From NCBI GenBank assembly GCA_023334545.1, contig JAADVB010000005.1, positions 1-64,000 of the forward strand: 64,000 nucleotides of DNA, in the 5' to 3' direction. Source of the stretch: Salisapilia sapeloensis CBS 127946. Its lineage: Eukaryota > Protista > Oomycota. How positions within the stretch are numbered: position 1 is the first letter of the stretch; each line of letters starts with the position of its first letter. The position numbers and the translations under genes are program-made. The notes below the pieces were generated by a model. It was not told where the DNA came from and did no database searches. It worked only from the letters and a program-made list of their open reading frames with translations. Positions 31,457 to 41,875 of the stretch are shown here, one piece after another.

Positions 31457-33997
31457 ATGACAACAAAGTCGAAAATGGAAGACGAGTACCTGCGCCGAGC
31501 TCGGCGGCAAGAACGCGCTCAGCGAGACTATTTCGACGAAGAGGAAGTCATCAGTGAAGACATACAACATTCATCGGGCAGTGGATATAACCAGAGCCTA
31601 CCAGATGAAGATGAAGTGGATCCTTTGGATGCCTTCATGCAAGGTATCGATGCCCAAGTCGAACAGCAGAATGGTGGTAGCAAAGCAGCATCTAGTACAG
31701 AGTCAAAAGTATGCATGTATGCAGGAATCATTTTTTGTAATATTAATTAATTCTTTTGTGAGCGTAGCCCCAAGTACTCAGTCACTCTGACGACCAAGAC
31801 GGAGTTTACGTAGACCTCTCCTTAAAGGTACATACCTAAGCGTACGTACATCCACCATTCTTTTACCAAAGCAGTATCTTAGGCAAAGCAGAAAACGTCA
31901 GGTCAAGACAATACTAACGGGGCAAATGCGAATAACGATTACCAGAACAATTTCGATGAAGATGGTATCACCACGCTCTCTTCATAGGAATACACCAGAT
32001 ATGTACTTCGTTCTATTGTAGACAGCGAAATGGACAGAAAGAAAGCTCCGATGGAAACGATCGTACCTCTGAACCATACGGACATCACGTACGAGACATT
32101 TCGTAAAAACTTTTACACGCCCCATCCGGACATTGCCAATCTATCCTCGGCAGAGTGTCAGGCCCTCCAATCCGAAATCCAAGTCCAGACAGAAGGTGAA
32201 GGTGACATTCCAAGCCCCATCCGGTCCTTTATGCACTTGAACCTGGACAACGACATGCTTCGTCTGTTGATCAAGCAAGGGTACGAAGCGCCGACTCCAA
32301 TCCAAGCGCAAGCCATGCCAATCGCCTTGTCCGGTCGCGACATGATCGGTCTGGCGCAGACAGGATCTGGAAAGACGCTAGCATTCACTCTGCCCATGGT
32401 TACCCATTGTATCGATCAGCGAGAGTTGGAAAAAGGAGAAGGTCCGATCGCCATCGTCCTTGCTCCAACGAGAGAACTAGCGCATCAAACGTTTGTCGTG
32501 ACTAAAAAGTTTATTACATTATATGGTGGTAACTGTGCTTCAGTCTATGGAGGTGTTGGTCGGTGGGATCAGATCCAGGCACTGCGTAAGGGTGCTGAGA
32601 TCGTAGTCGGAACGCCTGGTAGAGTGATTGAAATGATCCGGAAGAAGACGATGAGTACGAAACGCGTTACATTTGTCGTGTTAGACGAAGCCGATCGGAT
32701 GTTTGACATGGGCTTTGAGCCGCAGATTCGATCGGTCTTGGGACAAACGCGTCCGGATCGACAGACCTTGTTGTTTAGTGCTACTTTCAGACGACGTATC
32801 GACCTACTGACAAAGGATGTGCTTACGAATCCAGTGAAAGTGACGATTGGTCAGATCGGTCAAGCGAATGAAGACATAACACAAGTCGCTGTTGTCCTAC
32901 CTGATCATCGGAATAAGTGGGGATGGTTGATGGAACACATCTCACGTCTACAAAGTGACGGTCGGCTGTTGATATTTGCTAACAGTAAAGACGGATGTGA
33001 GCAACTTTCTACGAACTTGACGGCGAAAGGTTTCCAGTCGTGCTGTCTGCATGGAGGCAAGACTCAACCAGATCGGATGGAAGCTTTGCAAAAGTTTAAA
33101 TCAGGTGAATGCTCTGTCCTTGTCGCGACGGATGTTGCTGCAAGAGGTCTCGACATTAAGGACATAAAGACAGTAGTGAACTACGACGTTGCGAAGAACA
33201 TCGATACACATACACATCGTATCGGACGTACAGGTCGTATGGGTGTAGAAGGATTCGAGCCTGGTATAGCCTACACACTTGTGACGAAGAAAGAGGCAGG
33301 ATTTGCTGCACAATTGGTGCAGAATATGAACGTCACGGGACAGGAGGTCTCGCAAGAGTTGCTTTCACTAGCTCAAAAAGATTCTCGATTCCGACGCAAC
33401 CAACCGCCTCCATCTCGATCAGATCAAAGTAACTGGAAATCACAGTCAGATGAACACTGGAAGAAGTCAGAAGCGGAGACTCGATCGAAAGAGATGGACC
33501 GATGGTCGAACGCAAAGACTGGGAAGTCCAAGGCGGAACAGCGGAGAGGACTGGGCTTTGACGGACCTGCGCCTCGTATCCATGAAGCTATGAATGGAAA
33601 GCAACGGATCGCGTTCGTACCGGCTTCTGGATCTGGTGTGATAAATCATATCGATCCTTCCCATGCTGCAAAGCCACCTCCACCAGCTATGACAACACCT
33701 CCAGCTACGTCGACGGAGATTAAAGCACCCCCAGAGCCTCCAGTCGTCATGCCTCAACCTATAGCTGCCGTGAAGGAATCCCCACAAGAGTCCAAGCCAC
33801 GCTCCCCTGTATCCAGAGACAGGAGAGAGCGTAGTCGTCGTAGCTATAGTCGAAGTTCCAGTCGCGAAAGAGACCGAGGCCGACGCCATCGTCAACGTTC
33901 TCGTAGTCGCAGTCGTGATCGTCGACGCTCTCGAAGTCATAGTCGCGATCGCTACCGTCGTTCGTCTCGATCAAGATCTCGTCATCGAAGACGCTAA
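31457..33997 (+). CDS. DDX42: DEAD-box RNA helicase DDX42-like, with a C-terminal RS-rich tail (multi-exon)
   Basis: DEVDPLDAFMQGI, HTDITYETFRKNFY, PTPIQAQAMP, AQTGSGKT, DEADRM, FSAT and HRIGRTGR. Three short introns in 31709-32022 restore the frame. Confidence 0.92.
33817..33994 (+). repeat. RS/RD dipeptide low-complexity tail of DDX42
   Basis: RDRRERSRRSYSRSSSRERDRGRRHRQRSRSRSRDRRRSRSHSRDRYRRSSRSRSRHRRR. Confidence 0.85.
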
Positions 33998-34190
33998 GAC
34001 AACGAGATAAAAACAAAAAAAGAATGGATCAAAAAGATATCAATTCGAAGCAACGAAACGGCAGTCTTGTCTTTTTGTGCTTGCTCAAAGTCCCCACGCA
34101 TTCGCTTTTATACCAGGCATCTTGTTGTACTGGCGTACGATCTATGCATCACATCCCGTGTCTCCTTCTCTGTACGACGCCATACGCGCT

Positions 34191-36476
34191 TTACGCTTCC
34201 TTGTCCTTTGCCTCGGCGTCTGCACTAATACTACTACTATTGACATCGGCCGCCTCGACAGCTTCTTCCTTGGGCTCCTCCTTCACGACCTCTTCCACCT
34301 TGTCTACTGCCGCATCCTTCGCTTCCGCAGTCGACAACTCGTCTGTCGTCGTCGTCTCAGGTTTATCTCCTTCCAAAGTCGGAGCACCTGGAGCGTCTTC
34401 CGGCGCATGCACACCAGTCTCAAACGGAGTCCAGGACGTACTAGCCTCGAGCTTAGCCCACTTTTCTCCGCCGCTATCATCCAGCATATTGATCGTATCG
34501 TCTTCGGCACGAGCGCCAATCGGACTCATGACGCCACTGACGCCAAGCATTCTCCGCTCAACGTCCTCATCCTCTTCCTCACTGCTGCTACTGTCGTCCA
34601 TGATCTCCGGCAGCATCGGTGTGTCGGTTAGTCCTGGTGGCAGGTCAAAGTCCGTGTCAAAGTCCCGATCGTCCGGTCCGAACGCCGACGCGCCGAGCAT
34701 CTCCGCGAATTGTGCGTTCAACAGATCATCGTTCTGGTTAAACCCCATGACAGCATAAGGATCGTCACTTCCTGGACCGACAGAGACACCTCCAAGCGGC
34801 ACACGCTCGCGTTCGTAGATAGGCATGAGCACATTATCCGCCAGCTCTTCCCATTTCTTCCATGCAGCTTCATCTTCACGTAACATGTCCAAGACATTAT
34901 CCACATGCGCCATGTCGTTAAGCGACACCTCTTCTTCATTCGCTTCGCCCTGCGCTTCTTCTACCAGACTGAGAATCATGTTACAGATACGATGCAGATG
35001 TCCGACGTAACCAAAGGAACAGCCTTTTCTCTCTGCGACGACAGCTTCGTTCTGTTCATGACCTTCGAGGATACGAGGCAAGAGTCGAGCGTCTCGGATC
35101 AAACCGGTTAGAAGGTCGTTGCTTCCTCCTTCGAGAATCCCGATGACCATGCTCTCGACATCTGCATGAAGCATATTGACGGACTCGAATTTGAAGAACA
35201 AGTCGAGGCACAAGTCGATGACATTATGCTCCTTCAAGGCTGCATCGACCTTGTGGTACTTGGATTGAACGAGCAAGACGAGAAGACCAACGAGTTTCAA
35301 ACGACGGATACCGAGACGAGGGACTTCTTGATGGCGCTGATTGCAAATCATACCGACTTCATGGTCCTCTGCTTTCAACGTCGAACACAGCTGCGGAAGC
35401 CGAGCGAGCGTACGTTCGACGACGACGGGAGGCAGCTCTTCACTCGGAGCGTAACGAGCGTTCGTGTGGCGAGACAAGAGAGCGCTCAGGACAGACAAGG
35501 CAGCGGTCATAGACGACGCACTGAACTTTTCCGGCGTCGTGGCTGGAATGGCAAAGTCCAGCACTTTATCCACCACCGTCTCTGTCTCCAAGTGCTCCAA
35601 TAGAGCAGAAGAAGACTCGGGCGCGTGGGCAGCAGAGAGTGGAGAAGACGGATCGTTCTGTTGCGCACGGATGCCACAGTGGATGACGTCCACGAGGACA
35701 TCCGCGGCATGTTTGTGCACGTCACTGTCTATAAAGTTTCCTTGGTCGTCGGCAGGAGCAAGTGTGCCAATCAAGAGGTCAATGACAGTCGGTTCCTCCT
35801 GCCAACGAAGCGTTTTCTGCGCCTGGGAAGTAGGTGTACCGACCGACCCTTCGTCATCGTCGTGTGCACCACCGTACCAGTTGCTAGACGACGGGAATCC
35901 GAGCGACATGCCTGGAAAGTCCATCATGTCGTCCATGTAATCTGCCTGGTACGGCTGTAAAAGTCGTTTGAGCAATTCTGCGACGGAGAAAGACTGGACG
36001 TGACGAACGAAGGACTGGAGCAGTTCGTCCGAGTGCTTGTTCAACAGTACGGTCATCTCCTGCGGCTTGCGTACCATGAGCATGCTCATGATTTTTTCAA
36101 AATATCCGGCGAGACGAGGATCGAGTGGAGGCTCCTGATACAAGAAAGCAAGTAAATTCTCTGCCAATTGACCGTCCTTGCCAGTCGCAAGTGTATCCGT
36201 GATGCTCGCAATGTCACAACAGATCACTTCGCAAGACATGTACGGGTATTTAATGGCCCGCAAGTCGTCGTCGGGGTTTTCCGGTGCTTTAACAACATAC
36301 TCGACTAGCTTTTCAACGGTCTCGTCTTGAGATAAGAACTCTAGCAGACGAGCGTTGCGTGTCTTGACTTCCTGGATGAGCTCATCCTCTTCCAAAAGCT
36401 CTTCGAGCGTAAAGTCGTCTCGTTCAAGCAGATCGTTCAATGGACTAGAACCATATACTTCCATTACTATGTGCAT
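34191..36476 (-). CDS. SAPS / SIT4-associated protein (PP6 regulatory subunit); exact start uncertain
   Basis: LLERDDFTLEELLEEDELIQEVK, KYPYMSCEVI, LGIRRLKLV, NMLH, GYVGHLHRICN and an acidic C-terminus. Confidence 0.9.
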   Translation of the reverse strand: MHIVMEVYGSSPLNDLLERDDFTLEELLEEDELIQEVKTRNARLLEFLSQDETVEKLVEYVVKAPENPDDDLRAIKYPYMSCEVICCDIASITDTLATGKDGQLAENLLAFLYQEPPLDPRLAGYFEKIMSMLMVRKPQEMTVLLNKHSDELLQSFVRHVQSFSVAELLKRLLQPYQADYMDDMMDFPGMSLGFPSSSNWYGGAHDDDEGSVGTPTSQAQKTLRWQEEPTVIDLLIGTLAPADDQGNFIDSDVHKHAADVLVDVIHCGIRAQQNDPSSPLSAAHAPESSSALLEHLETETVVDKVLDFAIPATTPEKFSASSMTAALSVLSALLSRHTNARYAPSEELPPVVVERTLARLPQLCSTLKAEDHEVGMICNQRHQEVPRLGIRRLKLVGLLVLLVQSKYHKVDAALKEHNVIDLCLDLFFKFESVNMLHADVESMVIGILEGGSNDLLTGLIRDARLLPRILEGHEQNEAVVAERKGCSFGYVGHLHRICNMILSLVEEAQGEANEEEVSLNDMAHVDNVLDMLREDEAAWKKWEELADNVLMPIYERERVPLGGVSVGPGSDDPYAVMGFNQNDDLLNAQFAEMLGASAFGPDDRDFDTDFDLPPGLTDTPMLPEIMDDSSSSEEEDEDVERRMLGVSGVMSPIGARAEDDTINMLDDSGGEKWAKLEASTSWTPFETGVHAPEDAPGAPTLEGDKPETTTTDELSTAEAKDAAVDKVEEVVKEEPKEEAVEAADVNSSSISADAEAKDKEA

Positions 36477-36965
36477 CTATTGTACGTGTATGATGAGCGA
36501 CATACCTCGATAAGCTAAAGAGGGAGGAGCTTTTCGCCCACACGCTGCCGTCATCAGTCATGGCGGCAAAGAGTGACATATTTATGAACGTCCCGATCTA
36601 CCACGATGCAATAAACTTGTCGACTGTACGTGGTTCAGGAATAGGTAGGAAGAGTGCGTGGATGTGGAGAAGTAAAGTCCTCTCTCCCTCGACGCGTGCT
36701 TGGACCTCCCGTTGTTTTGTTTTTAGGAGCGTTTTCTCACGATATTTGAGCCAATCCCGGCGAGCGCTCGTGGGACAGACACGATTTAGCGACGATTTAC
36801 GCATAAATATGATATCGGTTTCGTTTTACGGATACAATGTCCGACCCCCAACTCAGATAAAACACCTCGAAACGACTTGTTTTGTACCCATTTCTAGTAT
36901 CGTGTCCATCTTGTCCATGGATGGACTAGATATAAATCTAGACTGCATCTATCGCAACCAGGCCT

Positions 36966-38603
36966 TTACTTTCTTAGACTATCTAGTTTGTTCAGAAGGT
37001 TGTTGAGATGACGGTGTTCTGCTCGTTTCAAAAGTTCATAGTTGGAAACTTGGCGCTTATCTTGCTGCAAAGGATGGTGGCGGAGTGCTGGGCACTGAGC
37101 CCAGTCAAAATATCCGTGCCGCACTTCTTCTATTTGGGTTAACAGCTCAATGAAGTGGCTTCGATTGATTTCTCCATCTGCACTGGAAACAAATTGAAAC
37201 ATACATTGTAGCTCGTGTTCGTGTTGATAGATAAACTTTGGTCCGTACATGTCACTGATCGCATGGATAAATCCTGAGTCATAGTCCATCACCTCGTACT
37301 GTAAGCGACGTGGGCAATCCACGACACGAGTACCCCATTTTTTGAAAGCTTCTATCACATTGACGAGACCTGTGGCTCTCGTGACGCATCTCCCGTGCTT
37401 CATGACGGAAGGCGACCCAGGTGTGAAGGGATGCAACAGCCATGCATCTCTTAATTGTTTGAGCACTTGGCAAACATATTTACAAGTAGTCCGAATCTGA
37501 ATAGCATCATCATACGTCATATACTCTAGTATCTCGCTCATGAAAGGTATGGACAGGTTGCTAAATGCTCCCATTCGTCGATTTCGACCAGGAGGATAGA
37601 CATGTATACTAAAGGCTTCCTCATTTTTAGCTTCCTCTAGAACTTTATTCATTCTAGCGACAACGACCAGTACATCATGGCAGTACGTTACAGCAATAGG
37701 TTGATCTTCATTTTGGAGGTGCATGCGGTGGATACAATCTCCAGTTGTCGAATAAATGTACAATTCATTTGTGTTTTCATCACATACGACCACTTCACCA
37801 GATTTACTACAGCACACATCACTCGGCTTGTCAAAGCTTGAAAGGAGCTTTTTCGAACTGATCATTTCATCCATGTCCTCTACATCTTCACTTGTCTTTT
37901 CTGCCCGCACACGCTTGCTACCCCACATGGACAAGTACCTCCCTTTAGAGGTGAATCGCTGGATGCGTTTATTGCCTTGTTCAAGGATAAAGTAGTCTCC
38001 TTGGTTACCAATGTCGATCGCTATAGGTGATTTTAGCTGTCCAACATCGATGCCCAGTGTCCCTATGATAATAGAACAACCTCCTGAAGGCGTAAAGATC
38101 TGTATGCGGTGGTTACCACCATCGACAACTGCAATCTGACCATTTGGCGTGAACTTTAGATCACAAATGCCTCTAAATTCTCCTCGACTACTTCCAGTCT
38201 TGCCGAAATAAGAGGCGAAGGTACCTCCACCAGTGAACAACTGGACCCGGTTCAGTTTCGAATCACCAACAACGACTTCTCCTCGCTTGTTCACATCGAC
38301 CGCAACTGGACACTGAAAACAACCGGGAGCTACACCTTTGATACCAATTTTCATGTTCTTGTAGCTTTGGTACTGCAAGCGACCAAGCGAAGTAGGATAA
38401 CAAGGAAAGCATCGAACGCAACAAGCCATCGCGTCACAAACGACAAGGCATTTTGTCAATGAATTATAACAAACCCCACGGCCAGACACAACGCATCCTT
38501 CCTCATTATCTTCCCATTCATTAAGTAGCGTCGAGTTCACGTCACAACTATCTTCCAAACAAGCATAATCGACACCTACGAGAGGCTTGACACAAATCTC
38601 CAT
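36966..38603 (-). CDS. NHL-repeat protein with a downstream F-box-like and an EF-hand-like segment
   Basis: Repeats FQCPVAVDV..VVVGDSKLNRVQLF, FRGICDL...VVDGGNHRIQIF, LKSPIAIDI...LEQGNKRIQRF, FDKPSDV...VCDE. Then SEILEYMTYDDAIQIRTTCKYV. Confidence 0.8.
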   Translation of the reverse strand: MEICVKPLVGVDYACLEDSCDVNSTLLNEWEDNEEGCVVSGRGVCYNSLTKCLVVCDAMACCVRCFPCYPTSLGRLQYQSYKNMKIGIKGVAPGCFQCPVAVDVNKRGEVVVGDSKLNRVQLFTGGGTFASYFGKTGSSRGEFRGICDLKFTPNGQIAVVDGGNHRIQIFTPSGGCSIIIGTLGIDVGQLKSPIAIDIGNQGDYFILEQGNKRIQRFTSKGRYLSMWGSKRVRAEKTSEDVEDMDEMISSKKLLSSFDKPSDVCCSKSGEVVVCDENTNELYIYSTTGDCIHRMHLQNEDQPIAVTYCHDVLVVVARMNKVLEEAKNEEAFSIHVYPPGRNRRMGAFSNLSIPFMSEILEYMTYDDAIQIRTTCKYVCQVLKQLRDAWLLHPFTPGSPSVMKHGRCVTRATGLVNVIEAFKKWGTRVVDCPRRLQYEVMDYDSGFIHAISDMYGPKFIYQHEHELQCMFQFVSSADGEINRSHFIELLTQIEEVRHGYFDWAQCPALRHHPLQQDKRQVSNYELLKRAEHRHLNNLLNKLDSLRK

Positions 38604-38719
38604 TACGTCGTTTCAGGCTCCCTTGAAGTGGACCATTGCGCAATCTACATGCAATTTATTCTGTGGTGCAGAATTTATTTTGCAAACTATTCGACCGACC
38701 AGCATCGCTCCCATTAGCC

Positions 38720-41505
38720 ATGGAGAGCGTGCAGAGTCCATCGACGCTTATCAATGCTGACTGGCCTGAATTAGCAAACTTGCAAGCATTTTCGCTAGAT
38801 GCCACAGCCTCTAGTAACAGTGAACTAGATCATACTAAAGGACGCAATGTCTACAAGTTTGGTGGTACGTCCGTTGGCAGTCCAGAGCGTCTATGCGGTC
38901 TTGTGGGCATCGTCAAGGAAGAGCGTGAACGCGTGATTGCTGTCGTTGTGTCTGCAATGGGCAAAACCACAGATTTGCTGCTGAAAGCTGTGGATGAAGC
39001 TGCACAAGGCAATCAGGATGCGGCCATGCAGGTCGTGGATCAGCTGCAGGAGCTGTCCATTCGCAATGGAAATGAAACGCAAGAGCTTATCCTCAAAGAG
39101 CATGCTGGTTCTATCGCTGGTGATACCAAGGTGGACGACGTGACTGAACTGGTCATTGAGTTCTTTAAGCCACTACGGGAGCTGCTCTTTGGCATTTGCC
39201 TCTTGCAGGAGAAGACACCTGCTGCCATGGACACTGTGCTTTCCTTTGGCGAACGTCTTAGTGCCACCATCATCTCTGTATGTTCCAACGGCTCTGTATA
39301 TCGATAGCAAACGGTAAAAGCTAATGATATGCTTAGAAACTACTAACGAAAGCCGGTGTCGAAGCTGTCTTCGTTGACGCTCGAGAGTGGATGACGACGG
39401 ACAATAACTTTAGCTGCGCTCGAGTGCTATTTGAAGAGTCAAAAGCAAAGTTGCAAAAGCTGGTGGGGCAGCTAGAACCTGGCGTACTTCCCGTCATCAC
39501 AGGCTTCATTGGTCGAGAGCAGGGTGGTCGCACAACCACGATCGGTCGCAACGGATCTGACTACACAGCTACGATTGTCGGAGCATCTCTCCAAGCTGAT
39601 TACGTCGTGATCAATACTGACATCTCTGGTGTCATGACAGCTGACCCTCGTATCGTTGACCGAGCCGTCGCGCTTTCCCATCTAAACCATCACGAGGCTC
39701 TGGAACTCGCGATCTATGGCTCTGGCATGTTCCACCCTCGTACCATGGTCCCGCTCATCCATTCCGGCGTGACGATGCTCATTCGAAACACGATGGATCC
39801 ACAAGGCCATGGCACGTACATCAGTCGTGCTGATCACACAGGTAAGAAGGAAACGTGCACGACTTCATTGGAGAACCTCGCGATGCTAGAAGTTCGCACA
39901 CGCATCCTACAAGACGGAAGTTTGAACTCACATGAAAACATTGGCGCTCGGATTACCAAGTTGATGGAAAACCTCAAGGTTCCTGTATGGCTGTCTATTC
40001 GTGGAGCCCACGGCCAAGCTGTGACTGTCGTCATCCCTATGGAACGTCAGAAAGAAGCACATGATGCCATTCGATCGGAATTAGAGTCTGAGCTCGAGTC
40101 GCAAGAGGTGGATGCTCCGAACGTGACGGCACCAGTGACCATGCTTTCTATCGTGACGGAGGAAGTGCACTCGATTCCGTTCGATCAGACGAAATTTTTC
40201 GGAGCCTTGGCAGATGCCAATGTGGATGTCTTAGCCGTCGGGCAAGGTACGAGTTCTCGATCACTCAACTGTATCATCCCTGGCGCTGACACGAAACTCG
40301 CTGTCCGACGTGTTCATGATGCATTTAACGTCGATTACTTGGTGACGAATGTCGCTATCCTCGGCTGTAACCACATTACGTTGGAACTACTAAAGCAACT
40401 ACGTAAAGAGCAGGATATGTACTTGCGTCGACATCGAGCAAAGATTCAAGTCGTTGGCTTCGGATCGAACTGTCAGACGTTCCAATATCATCCGAACGGA
40501 CTAGATTTAGATCAGATAGAAGATATGATTCGATCGTGTAAAGCGTCGTCGTCCGTCTACGTTGCAGATGACCAATGTGGGTACAAGGGCGCACCTACAG
40601 CAGAGCAATTGGATGGTCTGCAAGATCTTTCGAATGCGATTCTCATCGACTGCTCCGGTCAATCTGACACGACGAATCTATATGATGCCTGTTTGTCTCG
40701 TAACATCCACGTTGTCGTATCCAACGCTCGAAGCATGCAGCACCTACCGCCAACGTCATCACGTGAAAGTGTGGCAACGGTCGGTAGACGCCAAGGACGC
40801 ACGTTCTTCCTGTACTCGTCCACGGTCGCTGCAGGCATTCCTGTGATCCAGACGTTGGGAAACCTACTACGCACGGGTGATAGAGTTGAGAAGATTGAGG
40901 CATCGCTTAGTGGTGCCGTAGGCTACGTCTCGAACCAAGTGATGAAGGGACTTCCGCTATCACAAGCTGTGAAGATGGCGATTGAAGAAGGATATTGCGA
41001 ACAAGATCCTCGCAATGATTTCTTAGGACAGGATGTCGCGAATAAGATCGTTGTACTTGCACGTGCGCTGCATGTACGTTTAGATGTGAATGCCGTGGAA
41101 GTTCAACCGTTTATTCCAAAGGACGTGATGGATGCGGTCGACTGGAAGATGGGGATGGACGTAGATGACGTTCGAAAAGGTCTCGAGGCGTACGACGACG
41201 AGTTCCGAAGTAAGTACTATGAACCTGCGGTAGCGGAAGGCAAGCGACTGCGGTTCGTCGCGACCGTCGACTTTACACAATTCCCGACGATCGCCGCGAG
41301 TGTACGACCAGAGCTGGTGGATGAAGACCATCCAGCGTTTCAGACGAGTGATAACGAAATCGCGTTTGGATTCCGGACGCTCCAGTACCAGCCACGGCCA
41401 CTTGTTCTAAAAGGTGTCGGGACGGGGTCGCAAGCAAGTGCGACTGGTGTACTAAGAGATGTGACGTCGATCCTTACCTCCTTGCAAGGAAAGGATTATC
41501 GGTAA
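38720..41505 (+). CDS. Bifunctional aspartokinase / homoserine dehydrogenase (ThrA-like), 2 exons
   Basis: KFGGTSV, VVSAM, SFGERLS, GRNGSDYT and DISGVMTADPR, two ACT-like domains, then an HSDH fold (IDCS, AGIPVI, DPR.D..G.DVA.K). Intron 39278-39336. Confidence 0.93.
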
Positions 41506-41875
41506 AAAGATGGACGAAAGCTGCTTCAAGGACATGAGGAGATATACAAAGACCTGTCCATGCACCAGAGGTTAGCAAAGCTAACAGTGTCCATGCACAG
41601 CTGTACTACGTAGTTGTATCAGCCTACATATACTTTGATACTTTCCTTCTTCTAGATACCTCGTACTAGTACTCCAGTAGCTATCGTCTATCCATACCAG
41701 GTGGCACGCTAGCGGTACAGCATATTCACATTTGACCGGACATATATAATTCAACACAGTGTGATACCGTCCATGGGTTCATACACATATCGACGCGATC
41801 TATCTTATCGCCAAGTGGTCTCTGATTAGGTAGAGAACGGACCTCTCTTGCTCTACGTAACTGTGGTGCATAAGA

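Noticed and set aside
34024-34758. 244-aa and 184-aa plus-strand ORFs
   Set aside because: Antisense shadows of the acidic, low-complexity C-terminus of the SAPS gene.
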